DNA of 63,842 bases, the filler included, from Phoronis australis (Eukaryota > Animalia > Phoronida): the NCBI GenBank assembly GCA_002633005.1. It is 8 parts of 8 records of this genome, joined end to end, with 100 filler letters (N's around TTAATTAATTAA, not from the genome) between each part and the next. Parts side by side here need not be neighbours in the genome. Positions count along the whole stretch, not along the records: positions 1 to 3,368 come from NMRA01003062.1; positions 3,469 to 7,662 come from NMRA01002670.1; positions 7,763 to 37,041 come from NMRA01000670.1; 5 more parts are not named here. One strand, given 5' to 3'. Numbering within the stretch: the first letter of the stretch is position 1; each line of letters opens with the position of its first letter. This document shows positions 1 to 11,292 of the stretch, in pieces. The notes beneath the pieces were generated by a model, which saw only the letters and a list, made by a program, of their open reading frames with translations, was not told the DNA's origin and searched no databases. A program made the position numbers and the translations under genes.

Positions 1-650
1 ACAATTAAAATTATGTCACTGACTGTTCAAACCATGAGAGAAAATTAACTCGAACTGCATTCAAGTTGCACGAAAAGGAACTGGTGTCAACGCATCTCCG
101 CTATATACTGTATCTCTGTGTTCTGTTTTGGTAAAGTTTGTTGAGTCGTTCTGACAATAATTTTGGACAACCAATGTTTTGTTGACAACGGGATGACGTG
201 GCACTAAATTTCGTTCAAAATCAAGTAGTGCTGGCCCATCCCAGCCATCAGCCCTAGTGTGAAGTTTGATAACAAGCTGTCAAACCGCTTTATTAACAAC
301 AATCGACAGACAAGGGAATCTTGTGGATGCAAAAAAATGTTGTAGTATTGTCAAACTCATATCGATTATTACCATATACATGTAGGTGAATTTTAACTGA
401 ACATAGAGTGTATGCGTGCATCAGGAAAATTAACCGGGTCTGGTCAATGATTTGTAAACAAGAGCAACGCACTACTGCACTGCAAACAGTATGCTACCAG
501 GGGCTTTTTATAACATAATATATCATATATTTAGATTAACGACCAACGTCAACCAGCATGCTGGATGTATGCTACCACAATAAATATTTTAAATAAGTAA
601 CATCGAGTAAATAAAACATGACAATTAATATTAATAAAACTAGTAAATTG

Positions 651-653
<3 letters not shown>

Positions 654-681
<28 letters not shown>
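654..681. repeat. (AT)n microsatellite
   Basis: Run of AT dinucleotides read directly. Confidence 0.9.
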
Positions 682-684
<3 letters not shown>

Positions 685-920
685 TGATGTAATAATAATA
701 AAATTAACAAATAAATAACGAAAACAAGAAATTAATTGTAATAGCAGCGCAAAAAGCTACGTTGCCTTTTTACGGACTGGAGCCGCCGTACTTGCTGATG
801 CTATCATTTACATTAAAAAACGACAGGTTAGCCGCAATTAAATTAGTTGTACTTAGGCTTGCCTTATCAAAAGGTCAGATCACACCGTCCTTACAACATT
901 TGTCTCCATCTTCCTTTCAG

Positions 921-1089
921 GTCTTTCCAGTTATCTTGATTACCATGATAACTATGCTGGCCTTTTATTTACCTTCCGAATCCGGAGAAAAGGTGGCGCT
1001 AGGTGTCACGGTTCTGCTCGCCATGACTGTTTTCCTGCTCATAATAGCTGAAAACATGCCACCCACGTCCGCGGCTGTTCCTCTGATAG
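921..1089 (+). CDS. Internal exon of a Cys-loop ligand-gated ion channel, nicotinic acetylcholine receptor-type subunit (M1 end, M2, start of M3)
   Basis: Acceptor ttcctttcag|GTC and donor ATAG|gtaagt. Translation [57 protein letters not shown] contains the nAChR hallmarks FYLPxESGEKV, LGVTVLL and MPxTS-x-AVPLIG. Confidence 0.93.
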
Positions 1090-3368
1090 GTAAGTCAACA
1101 ATGACCAACGATCCTGGTTTTTGGTCAAGATATATTTCCGGGGTGCGGGAGGGCACGGGGGCTAGACAGAAAGTCCGAGAAAATGAGACAAAAGTCCACT
1201 AAAGAAGCGCAAAACGCGCAATTCACAGTGGTGCTCCCATTTTTTTTAGTCCGCCAGAATTTTTTGTTACCAAAAGGTCCACAACTTCAGGAATTCCAGC
1301 CCCCGTATTGAAGGCTGGGTGCGCGCATGAATCGCATTTGTAAAGAGGGAGGACGAGACCTATTCAGTTTGTAATAAAAGGTTGTTGTTAGAGGAGGCGT
1401 GTTTTATTGTTTAAATCAGAAATCTCGTCTATCCTCCACATGCAGACTTCTGAAAAATAATTTCACTTCAGTGTGGCAAAGACATAATTCTTTCGGAAAA
1501 CATCCATAATTGCTGATAAATTGAATAACTCTTGTAAATTATTGCTCAACTGTGAATGTGCATGGAAGAGCCAAGTGAGTGCCTTGGACCCAATTTCTGA
1601 CTTGGTTTTTAGTCGTTTGAATGCAACACACCCCTCAGACTTGACTCAAACTCAGAGTCGAAACTAACCAATCGCGCGGCACGATTAAAAGTTTATTCAA
1701 AGTGTGCCATGGCGTACCGTATGTCAAATTTCGAGCCGAGTTTGGACGCCTTGATGTCCATGGAATGATTGCAGGTCCATAGCCAGCATTGCGCAGGGGG
1801 TGGTTCGAATTTCTTGAACGGTAGACCTTTGATACTTTGCAAACGTCGACACTGTGGAGTTTTCATTACTTAGGCCCTCAGTTGACGCAGCTTAATCAGG
1901 GGAAGGGAAATTTGTATACACAACGATGACTCTCTGTTCTGCGTTTTTGAGATGAGACGGAATTTNGTAATACCAGAGATGAGGATGCCGTGACGGCTCG
2001 CCGGTTCCCCGCGTGCCGCTAGGTGGTAGCCAGCACGCAGGTAGCATGCAGTAGCAGGCGCTTTAATTATCACTGGTTGATGTAACCTCGACAGTCATTG
2101 GTTAGCTTTACAGCAAAGTTAGAAAATGGCGGACTATGGACGATTTTTAGCCTTGTCCATGCAAGTGGCGTAGCAGCAACTATTTTGTTTCTACAGAAGG
2201 CCTAATGTTTTATAGCCGGGTGCTCAGGAGCACATAAATACATGTACAATAAACACGCCGTCATCTGGTCGATTTAACAAGTATGTTATTCATACTGTAT
2301 GAATACAGGACAGTAACGTAAACAAAAGCCAGCGACATTATTAAGATGCAATCCGAAAGGCGAAACCACAATGTTCTGGGATATGATGAATTTCAAGCAC
2401 CCGGTTTGTCTGTACAACAGACCACATTTATACTTCCTCCATCAGTCATGTCAGTTTGTTTGGGTAAAGCGCTGCTTGTTGAGAAATCGACCATCCAATC
2501 AGAAACGCCGTTGTAAAAAAAAGTTCCGATGAAATGATTAAGTGATACCTGCGTGTTGGCTACCATCCAGCGTCACGCAGGAAACCAGCGAGGCCGTGAC
2601 GGTTGCTCGCAAAAAACGGGACTCATTTCGGATGTAATGTGGTCCAAAACGTTCTCCTCGTTACTTCTTGCCAAATTTTCAAATCACGCGTCCTTAAATG
2701 AATGGTTACACCTTCTCGGTCAAATATTTAGTCGGAGATTAACTTAACGAAACTTTTTATCTAGTTATATTTTTCCGTGTTAACGTCACTACATTTTAAA
2801 TAATTTGGAGTGGGAATATTGATGAATTGTCAACCACGATACATTCGTGAAATCCATGTCAAGGTCGCATCATTTCACAGGGCGATTGAAAAGTTTAGGG
2901 CCGCTGCGCATGAACCTCACCCACCGGAACCACGCACAGGTGGGTCGAAATCAAATGTAGTTAACAGGCTACCCTGTCCCTGCCAGTCTTCAAATAGTCA
3001 GTGAGCCCCATTCAGTCTTCTTAAATTAAAAACCGTTGGTCGCCGCAGCCCGTACCCGTGACCCAGATGTTGCCCCTAATTGAGAATAAGTCGTTAATTA
3101 CATTCAAGAATCACAATTTGCAGTGATTGGAACCGATCTCCACAATGAAATCGATGTATTAAGAACTAGTCAATTTTCGCACACCCTTTTAAATGGTTAC
3201 TAAATGGACACAAATACAATAATTTATTCACCTTTGTTGAGACTCATTAGCAGACAATCAGAGTAATGAACTGTTTGGCTTAGTGGTTTGATGCCTGGAC
3301 TACTGTTTGAGAGAGATCCGAGAAAAAAAATAACTGTCGGAGTTCTGGTTCTGGAATTGTGGACATTC

Positions 3369-3468
3369 NNNNNNNNNNNNNNNNNNNNNNNNNNNNNNNN
3401 NNNNNNNNNNNNTTAATTAATTAANNNNNNNNNNNNNNNNNNNNNNNNNNNNNNNNNNNNNNNNNNNN
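3369..3468. other. Artificial contig spacer (N44-TTAATTAATTAA-N44). Identical spacers at 7663-7762, 37042-37141, 40278-40377, 48493-48592, 56150-56249 and 59101-59200
   Basis: The same 100-nt block occurs seven times. TTAATTAATTAA gives stop codons in all six frames, as used when concatenating contigs. Confidence 0.97.
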
Positions 3469-4649
3469 GTGTAGTATGCACGGGAAATGCAAGCAAACAT
3501 TTCAGTTTTGACGAACAAAAATTCATTGCGCAATACTACTGGAAACTAAAAACATCGAGGAAGTTCAAAGACCTTTCCAAGTTCCTTTCCAAGTTCATGA
3601 CCAATAAGTACCTAAACTTTGTTTTTCATCTACGGTTTGTAAACTTAAACTCAGTATTTTAGTTCCTAAGTCAATATTAAACAATTTATTGTCATTTGAA
3701 TTGTGAGAATATTTTAGGACACATTGTTGAGTGGCCCGAAATTCATCAATTTCCTTGAGACTTATTTCAGATAGACAGAAACTGTTTAGTGTACTTTTAT
3801 TTTTGGGGATCTGATGATAGGTCGAATTTTCCCAATGTTGGCCTGCAATTAAATGCATTGAAGTATTGTCATTTCTTACAAGATTAGCTTCTAATTGTCA
3901 AAAAAACATCTCTCAATCAGTCCACTTTCATAGATACATAAACATAATGTCATGTAAATCAGAAACCAACAATCAAATCCATGAGCAATGTGTTTTCCTT
4001 GATTTAATGACTTAATTTCTTTTTAATACCCTGTTTAAGTAACTTTAAACAACAAATCTTGCACCGAAGTCAAAAACCAATGCATTGATTGTCATTTGAA
4101 TTTTGAGTAATTTTTTTGGGGAAGTGTCCAAATTTCATCAATGTTTTTGAGAGTTATTTTAGATAGGCAAAAAGCGTCCAAGTGCACGTTACTATTTGGG
4201 GATCGGATTATAGTTTTTTCCATATTCAGACTTCAACTTAATTCCCTGAATCGTCATCATTTCTTAAAAGAATAGCTTCTAATTGCCAAAAATCAGCTAT
4301 TAACCTGTCAGTTTTCGTAGATACATAAACACGGATATCAGAAACCAAGGAATTTGTTAATCAAAACGGAATGTTATAAGCAATTTCCGCATGCATGGTC
4401 GTACACTTTTGACGGGTAACCGGGGGAATATGGGGATTGGGCATTCATAGTGAAGTGTATTTTTACTCTTTGCGAGGTATCTATAACGATTCACGAATTT
4501 AACTTGACCTCAAGAAAACGCTGAAATATTTGTTTAATTTGTTTATCATTGCGAGTATTTGGGTACACTCGTTCGACTAAGAATCGACAGCAGTGTTTTC
4601 CACATGTGGGAATTCTTTACAAACAATTCACAGTAACCATCTTCAAAAG

Positions 4650-6710
4650 AGATACTATTCTTGTGATAATATGGGAAACAGTAACATTATTTTATAACTA
4701 ACCGAAGGAAATAGTCCTTTTGTGTAATTAACAAACAATGGTCTTTAAAATTCGCTGACTCCTTTACGATGGCGGTCAATCATGTTGTATTTTTTCAACT
4801 TTTTTTGGTTGTTTGAGTCGAATGTCTTGATACTGCTGTGCTGTGCATGAATGTTTTGCGATCTTTTTGATGAATTTCGAATCACAACTTCCCTCGTGAA
4901 TACTTGGCAGTGTCGGATTTACATGTAAAGAGGGACAAAGGGATATTTCGAACTGCTCCACCGAGAAAGGGTCCCGTCTGAAATGGGACACCTTAATAAC
5001 GAAAAGCTAAACATCATTAAGCTTGGAAAGAGTGACAGTTCATTCCACCGTCGTGTGGACAGACGGCAGTGCAGGAAATGACCTTCTTCAACATGAAAGT
5101 TGGTTGCACGATTTCACAAAAAAAAGAAAATAGACATAACATTGGGTCCTCTCTCCGTGAGCTTACCCTTAAGAATTTGTCAATAGAAATAAAAAACTGT
5201 GGTCACTTGAATGTCATCAATGGCCTCCTTCAGACGTGGGGCCCCTCTATGTGAAAATATCTATATTAATTCAAAAATCAAGAAATGTGCAGCAATTGAT
5301 GATATCTGTCAGGTCATCAGTTTTTCTCGAGTGATATACAATTCGAGAAAAAAGCGACGGTCGTCTCCGTTATCCTTTGCCCAAAAGGAGCCTCTGGAAA
5401 AAATATGGTTTTGTAGTCGTAAAATTGACTTACTGAATTTAAAAATCCAGTAAATTAATACCTTCCGCAAAAGCTCCACTTAACAAATTTTCTTGATTTT
5501 TCGAAATGTGTGTATGAATGATTACGTCCATGTTTCCAAGTGCGTTTAGATGACCTGTGCTGTGAAAGCGGAGACCCCAACAACAATGTCATGGCCAGGG
5601 TCCTCAAAAGGTAAACCATGCACTGATACAGAAATGTAAAATGTCCTCTTGAGTTTTCCGTCTTATCCGCATTTAGCAGTCTTTCTTTTCNAGATACTAT
5701 TCTTGTGATAATATGGGAAACAGTAACATTATTTTATAACTAACCGAAGGAAATAGTCCTTTTGTGTGATTAACAAACAATGGTCTTTAAAATTCGCTGA
5801 CTCCTTTAAGATGGCGGTCAATCATGTTGTATTTTTTCAATTTTTTTTGGTTGTTTGAGTCGAATGTCTTGATACTGATGTGCTGTGCATGAATGTTTTG
5901 CATTCTTTTTGATGAATTTCGAATCACAACTTCCCTGGTGAATACTTGGCAGTGACAGATTTACATGTAAAGAAGGACAAAGGGACATTTCTCCGAACTG
6001 CTTCACCGAGAGAGGGTCCCACCTGAAATGGGACACCTTAATAATGAAAAGCTAAACATCATTAAGCTTTGAAAGAGTGACATTTCATTCCACCGTCGTG
6101 TGGTCAGACGACGATGCAGGAAATGACCTTCTTCAACATGAAAGTTGGTTGCACGATTTCACAAAAAAACAGGAAAATAGACATAATCGAATCCAACATT
6201 GGGTCCTCTCTCCGTGAGCTTACCCTTAAGAATTTGTCAATAGAAATAAAAAAACTGTGGTCACTTGAATGTCATCAATGGCCTCCTTCAGACGTGGGGC
6301 CCCTCTATGTGAAAATATCTGTATTTCAAAAATCAAGAAATGTGCAGCAATTGATGATATCTGTCAGGTCATCAGTTTTTCTCGAGTGATATACAATTCG
6401 AGAAAAAAAGCGTCAGTCGTCTCCGTTATCCTTTGCAGTCGCAAAATTGACTTACTGAATTTAAAAATCCAGTAAATTAATACGTTCCGCAAAAGCTCCA
6501 CTTAACAAAATTTTCTCGATTTTTCGAAATGTGTGTATGAATGATTACGCCCATGTTTCCAAGAGCGTTTAGACGACCTGTGCTGTGAAAGTGGAGACCC
6601 CAACAACGTCATGGCCAGGGTCTCAAAAGGAAACCATGCACTGATACAGAGTTGTAAAATGTCCTCTTGAGTTTTCTGTCTTATCCGCATTTAGCAGTCT
6701 TTCTTTTCTC
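4650..6710. repeat. Tandem ~1.04-kb near-identical duplication (4650-5690 and 5692-6710) of a decayed transposon-like segment
   Basis: Both copies start AGATACTATTCTTGTGATAATATGGG and end GCAGTCTTTCTTTTC. They give paired ORFs (4776/5818, 5069/6114) and are separated by a single N at 5691. Confidence 0.88.
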
Positions 6711-6816
6711 CACTGTCCCCGCCCCACGTGTTGGTTTCCACGGTTTAACCCTGGCGCCTGAAAATTTTTTTGGGGGGCCATGCTCCCCCAGCACCCCCCT
6801 CCTTCCTACGGCTCTG
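4650..6816 (-). mobile_element. Probable decayed hAT-like DNA transposon remnant
   Basis: The minus-strand end CAGAGCCGTAGGAAG...GGGGGTGCTGGGGGAGCATGGCCCCCC at ~6770-6816 resembles common hAT-type termini. Internal ORFs are short and broken, and no catalytic motif was confirmed. Confidence 0.35.
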
Positions 6817-7412
6817 TCAACGAATGACCTGAATATTTTGAGAGATATTTTTTCAATGTGAAGTTCCCACAAAAGAAAAAAAGACACAAAAATGGCAGAC
6901 ACAATTTTACAGCGTATAAATAAAAAATTTTCAGCCACAGACAGTTCAAAAGTTATTTGATGAAACATGAAAGGACTTTACAAAGGATAACAATTACCCT
7001 AAAAATTCAGTGATTTACAGTATATTATTCTATTAACACAAATGGCCTTCATATCAATCAATTCTTGACACACAATATAAAGCAAACTGACAATTTAAAA
7101 ATGCTTTCACCAATAGCAGAAACACATGACTGCACACCACAGATTTATTCATGAGATAAACTGAGTCATGTAGGGTAATAACACAGTCCCTCAGTTGTTT
7201 GTATACACTTTTGACCCATCAGCAGGTTCATGGGTTTACAGTCCAATTATGAATTCATCAGTCTCAGTGTGAGTTTTGTAGGGCAACTGTAATGCCTATA
7301 GATCACTGCAGGAAGTCTTGTGAGTTTGGAATGACTCTGTGAAAGCAGGAGAGGAGTTAGGGGTGAATGACCTGCATTTTGATACATTGAGAATTTGATA
7401 TTAGACAATCTC

Positions 7413-7662
7413 ATGGCGAGAGCAAGCATTCTTGCCTTATTCAACTTGCTCAGTGGCATAATCCAAGTGAGATCACAACTTAATTTAACGGCAGACGATC
7501 TAGTGAACATTTGCTCAGATGACGTGTACCACAAGACTTCACCCAGCCCCGAGCCTGGGCTCAGTGTCTGCACGCTGTGGAGAGAGCGCTCGTGTTGCTT
7601 GCCGGACAGCATCAACGGAGCGGTGCAGAAATTCGCACAAGACTTCCTCCCTTGTACAAACA
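7413..7662 (+). CDS. 5' coding part of a folate receptor / riboflavin-binding protein family member, truncated by the contig end
   Basis: MARASILALFNLLSGIIQVRS is signal-peptide-like. It is followed by LVNICSDDVYHKTSPSPEPGLSVCTLWRERSCC, which matches the family N-terminal pattern NxC(x)4HKxxPxPE...CxxWxxxxCC. Confidence 0.8.
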
Positions 7663-8022
7663 NNNNNNNNNNNNNNNNNNNNNNNNNNNNNNNNNNNNNN
7701 NNNNNNTTAATTAATTAANNNNNNNNNNNNNNNNNNNNNNNNNNNNNNNNNNNNNNNNNNNNATTATTGAACCGGAAGTCACTTTCAAGATGGCGGCTGT
7801 GGGGCATGTTCACACGGTTTCAATCGCTCTGGTGTCGCATTTTTTATGGGAAGAGTAAACGACGTGAATTTTTGCATGTGGATTCCTTGAAGTATGGCCT
7901 TTCAAAAAGTCTGCGAGAGCGTATTTCTCAGACTTACCGTTTTCGAGTTATTTGACTTTGAATTTCAAAAAAAACGGCAAATTTTCAATTTTCTCGAAAA
8001 TTTTTGGGATTTTTGCCAAACT

Positions 8023-8740
8023 ACCACTTTAGATAGAGTTTTGAACGGGCTTTCAGGAGATATTTTCCATTTTGCGCTACGACGTCTACTTTTTGAATTA
8101 TTCGAGATTTTCGGATACCGTTGTTCCTTCGGTCACACACAGCTGGCTGGCTTTCAGCTCACTTTGTTTTGGTTATGCCTAGTTGACCCAGACTGACCCA
8201 GCCAGCACTGTCCTACTGTAGACTGGACCGTCATGTTGCGCCATCTGTTGTTCTTTATTGTAGTTGATTGTATGCTCTCTATTTGATTTCTTCGCTAGTC
8301 ACATGAATGTTATCGTGTTTGACAAACTACCACTTTAGATAGAGTTTTGAACGGACTTTCAGAAGATAATTTCCATTTTGCGCTACGATGTCTACTTTTT
8401 GAATTATTCGAGATTTTCGGATACCGTTGTTCCTTCGGTCACGTATGCACGCAGCTGGCTGGCTTTCAGTTCACTTTGTTTTGGTCATGTCTGCACAAGT
8501 TAACAGAGAGTTGTGACCCCGACTGACCCAGGTAGCACTGTCGTACTGTAGATTGGAATTCCAGGCGAAATACTATTGTAAACATAACTTTGCTCTGCAG
8601 ACTGACACATAGTGCCACCTATTTTGGATTGCGGGAACAAAGCATGGCTTGTCTGTCATGTTGCGCTATCTATTGTTCTTTATTGTAGTTCATTATATGC
8701 TCTCTATTTGATTTCTTAGCTAGTCACATGAATGTTACCG
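8023..8740. repeat. Local imperfect tandem duplication of repeat-derived sequence
   Basis: CAAACTACCACTTTAGATAGAGTTTTGAACGG occurs at ~8018 and ~8323. TCATGTTGCGC...GCTAGTCACATGAATGTTA occurs at ~8230 and ~8656. Confidence 0.7.
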
Positions 8741-9263
8741 TGTTATTCATTATTGCCGCCTTGATCGTCATGATTGTCGTCGTCCTCCCCATTGTCGTCT
8801 TTCGATTAATTCCGCCAAGTGTCGCTCCTCCAAGCGCTCTCGTTTGTTTATTGAATGAGGAACAAAATATAATTTAATTAACTGGTGGCGATAAAGTTCT
8901 TTTCAAAGTGTTAGGCGATCCCAGTATGTGGCTTAGTACGTGTGGTGACTCAGATCATAAGGTAAGATTAACCGCCCAGGGCGGTTGCCGGTCGTAATAA
9001 GCGCCCATGTTCAGTTAACCGCCCCCCCCCGATTTCTTGAAATTTCACGTTTAAGCGCCCATGTCTGGTTAACCGCCCACCCCCGATTTTTTGGGTTCGC
9101 CAATTTAACCGCCCAGGGCGTTAACCCGAACGATTACGGTAATTAGTGAGAACACTGCTGTAGCCTTTACACAAAGCCATGTTTCATAAGCATGATGATT
9201 CATTCGAGACTGAATACCTAAAGGCCCTTTCATAGTACGGTAACATCGGTAACATCATCAGTA

Positions 9264-11232
9264 ACTCCCGGGTGAGAATTTTACACGTTTGACACGCTTT
9301 TGAGCGTGTCAGACGTGTAAAAAAAACATGTACTACGTGTCAAAATTGCCACAACCATTTGTAAAACGTGTAAAAACATGACACATTAGCGTCAAACGTG
9401 TAAAATTTTACACGTTAGCATGTCAAATGTGTAAAATTTGAAACGCTAGCATATCAAATGTGTAAAATGTGACACACTAGCATGTCAAACGTGTAAAATT
9501 TTACGCGCTAGTGTGTCAAACGTGTAAAATTTTGACACTCTAGCCTGTCAAAGGTATTAAATAGAACTCTTCAATAAAGATACAATTTAAATAGGCTTGG
9601 CAGTTCTGAAAAGACCACTGGGAGGTTATCACCCAATTTGAATGACTAAACATGTTCCCTTAATAACATCAAAGAATTTGCAACAAAAGATTTCACTGCC
9701 TTTTCAAATATCCAAATACTGAGTTAGAGTTGGTTTAGCTGTCAAAGAGTGCAGTTGTGTCAGGAGAGCACTGATGAAGTATGGTTTTCGAGTGTGGTGC
9801 AGCTCTAACAGAAGTTTGGTATGTATGTACTCTGGTTGACAGTGGGTCGATAAACTTTTCTTACAAATGGTCTTTCTTTTAAAAAGTTTGATTGTAACAG
9901 AGAACAAGAGTCAGTAGAAACTGCTGACTACCCAGGTAATATATGAAGTTGGAACGCCTCTCATCTTCAGTAGAATATCAATTCATAATTGTTGTTATAG
10001 GATCAACTCACTTTTAGTGTCAGCTTGAACATAAACAGTCTCCAAGCAACTTGCATGACTCAAAAGGTAACTTTTATACATAGATATAGCAGCTTAAGCA
10101 CTTCGAACTTGTATGTTGAACCATTTTCTTATTTCTGTGTTAATGTTATTCTAGATGTAATGAAATTTAGTGACAACTGTATATCGTAAGAATTGGATAG
10201 TTACATTATCCTTTTAAAGATTCGATATCATTATCATATTTTGGATTATTTACATGTTACAATAAACTGTGACTAAAGAAGAAATCCCTTTATACATTTG
10301 CTTTCAGTATGGATTCCCATGGTGGATGGTGAGCTGCTATAAACAAGAACATTATGGCTTGTACACGGCCTCAGGCTAAATGTAGGGTCGCTACCATGGC
10401 AATGACACAGATTACAGGCTAACGTGGCAAAAGCGCCACGTTCTACAAGCTAGCGTGGCAAAAGCGCCACGTTTGCTCTAATTTACAAGTTTGACACACT
10501 GAGCGTGTCAAATGTGGAGTATTGGAACAAAAATGACACGTTTTTGCCACGTTCTTGATGCGTTTGACACGCTACATTTTACACGTTTGACACGCCACGT
10601 TTTACACACTTAACACACCACGTTTTACATGTTTGACACGCTTTTAGGGTGTTCTAATACTCAGGGCTTGGAATGACCAATGACAAAAAACGCGGAAACT
10701 TTTACGGCCCAAATCATGCGCGCTACCCAGCCTTGAAATGGTCGATGTGAACCTTTCCCCGACAAAAATCGGGAGGACTAAAGAAAGACAAAAAAAAAAA
10801 AAAACGTTACCACCATCAGTAGCATGCGTCTGCGTCCTTTTAGGTCGCCCGTCGACTCCCAATCCACACACTTTTGGCTGCAGAGCCGTAGTATTTGTCG
10901 CTGCGGTTTACAGTAACACGAGACGCCATTGAAAATCCCGCCACGCTATCCCAGATGCCCCAGCAATGTTGATAATTTACGTTCCTCCGAAACATTAAGA
11001 CCAACTTCCGCTCCGCTTTTCGAGGTGAACGTCATCTGCAACGCCGCGGTAAGAAAGGAATTTGCCGTGGAAATTTTATGTCAAATCCGATTTTTTTACG
11101 CGGAAATATTATAAAATGTGCGGAAACAACATTTGAAAAAAGTGGAAATACGCGTTTCCGCGGAAAATTCCAAGCCCTGAATACTCCACGTTTTTAGAGC
11201 GTGTCAATCGTGTCAAATTCTCACCCGGGAGT
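9264..11232. mobile_element. Inner TIR element with arrays of subterminal ACACGTTTGACAC-type repeats (CACTA/EnSpm-like organisation)
   Basis: ACTCCCGGGTGAGAATT (9264-9280) is the exact reverse complement of 11216-11232. ACGTGTAAAA/TTTGACACG motifs are dense at 9280-9550 and 10490-10645. Confidence 0.65.
10662..11179. mobile_element. hAT-like MITE (518 bp) with a 13-bp TIR and a 6-bp TSD
   Basis: CAGGGCTTGGAAT (10662-10674) pairs with ATTCCAAGCCCTG (11167-11179). The direct repeat AATACT lies at 10656-10661 and 11180-11185. Confidence 0.8.
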
Positions 11233-11292
11233 CATTGCTCAGACTCAGGAGTTTAAAGTCAATATGAAAGGGCCTTAAATGTTGCTTTCTAG

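Larger units (their letters stand above)
9222..11275. mobile_element. PIF/Harbinger-like non-autonomous element (outer layer of a nested stack)
   Basis: TIR AGGCCCTTTCATA (9222-9234) pairs with TATGAAAGGGCCT (11263-11275). TAA flanks both ends (9219-9221, 11276-11278), the typical PIF/Harbinger TSD. Confidence 0.75.

Noticed and set aside
8961-9141. GGTAAG at 8961 as the donor of a missing exon of receptor 1
   Set aside because: No convincing lectin or signal-peptide reading frame lies upstream. The sequence is the edge of a repeat (TTAACCGCCC units ending TTACGGTA, like a truncated TA-targeting MITE).
9280-9550. Regularly spaced repeats as CRISPR or a regulatory array
   Set aside because: They are explained as subterminal repeats of the TIR element at 9264-11232.
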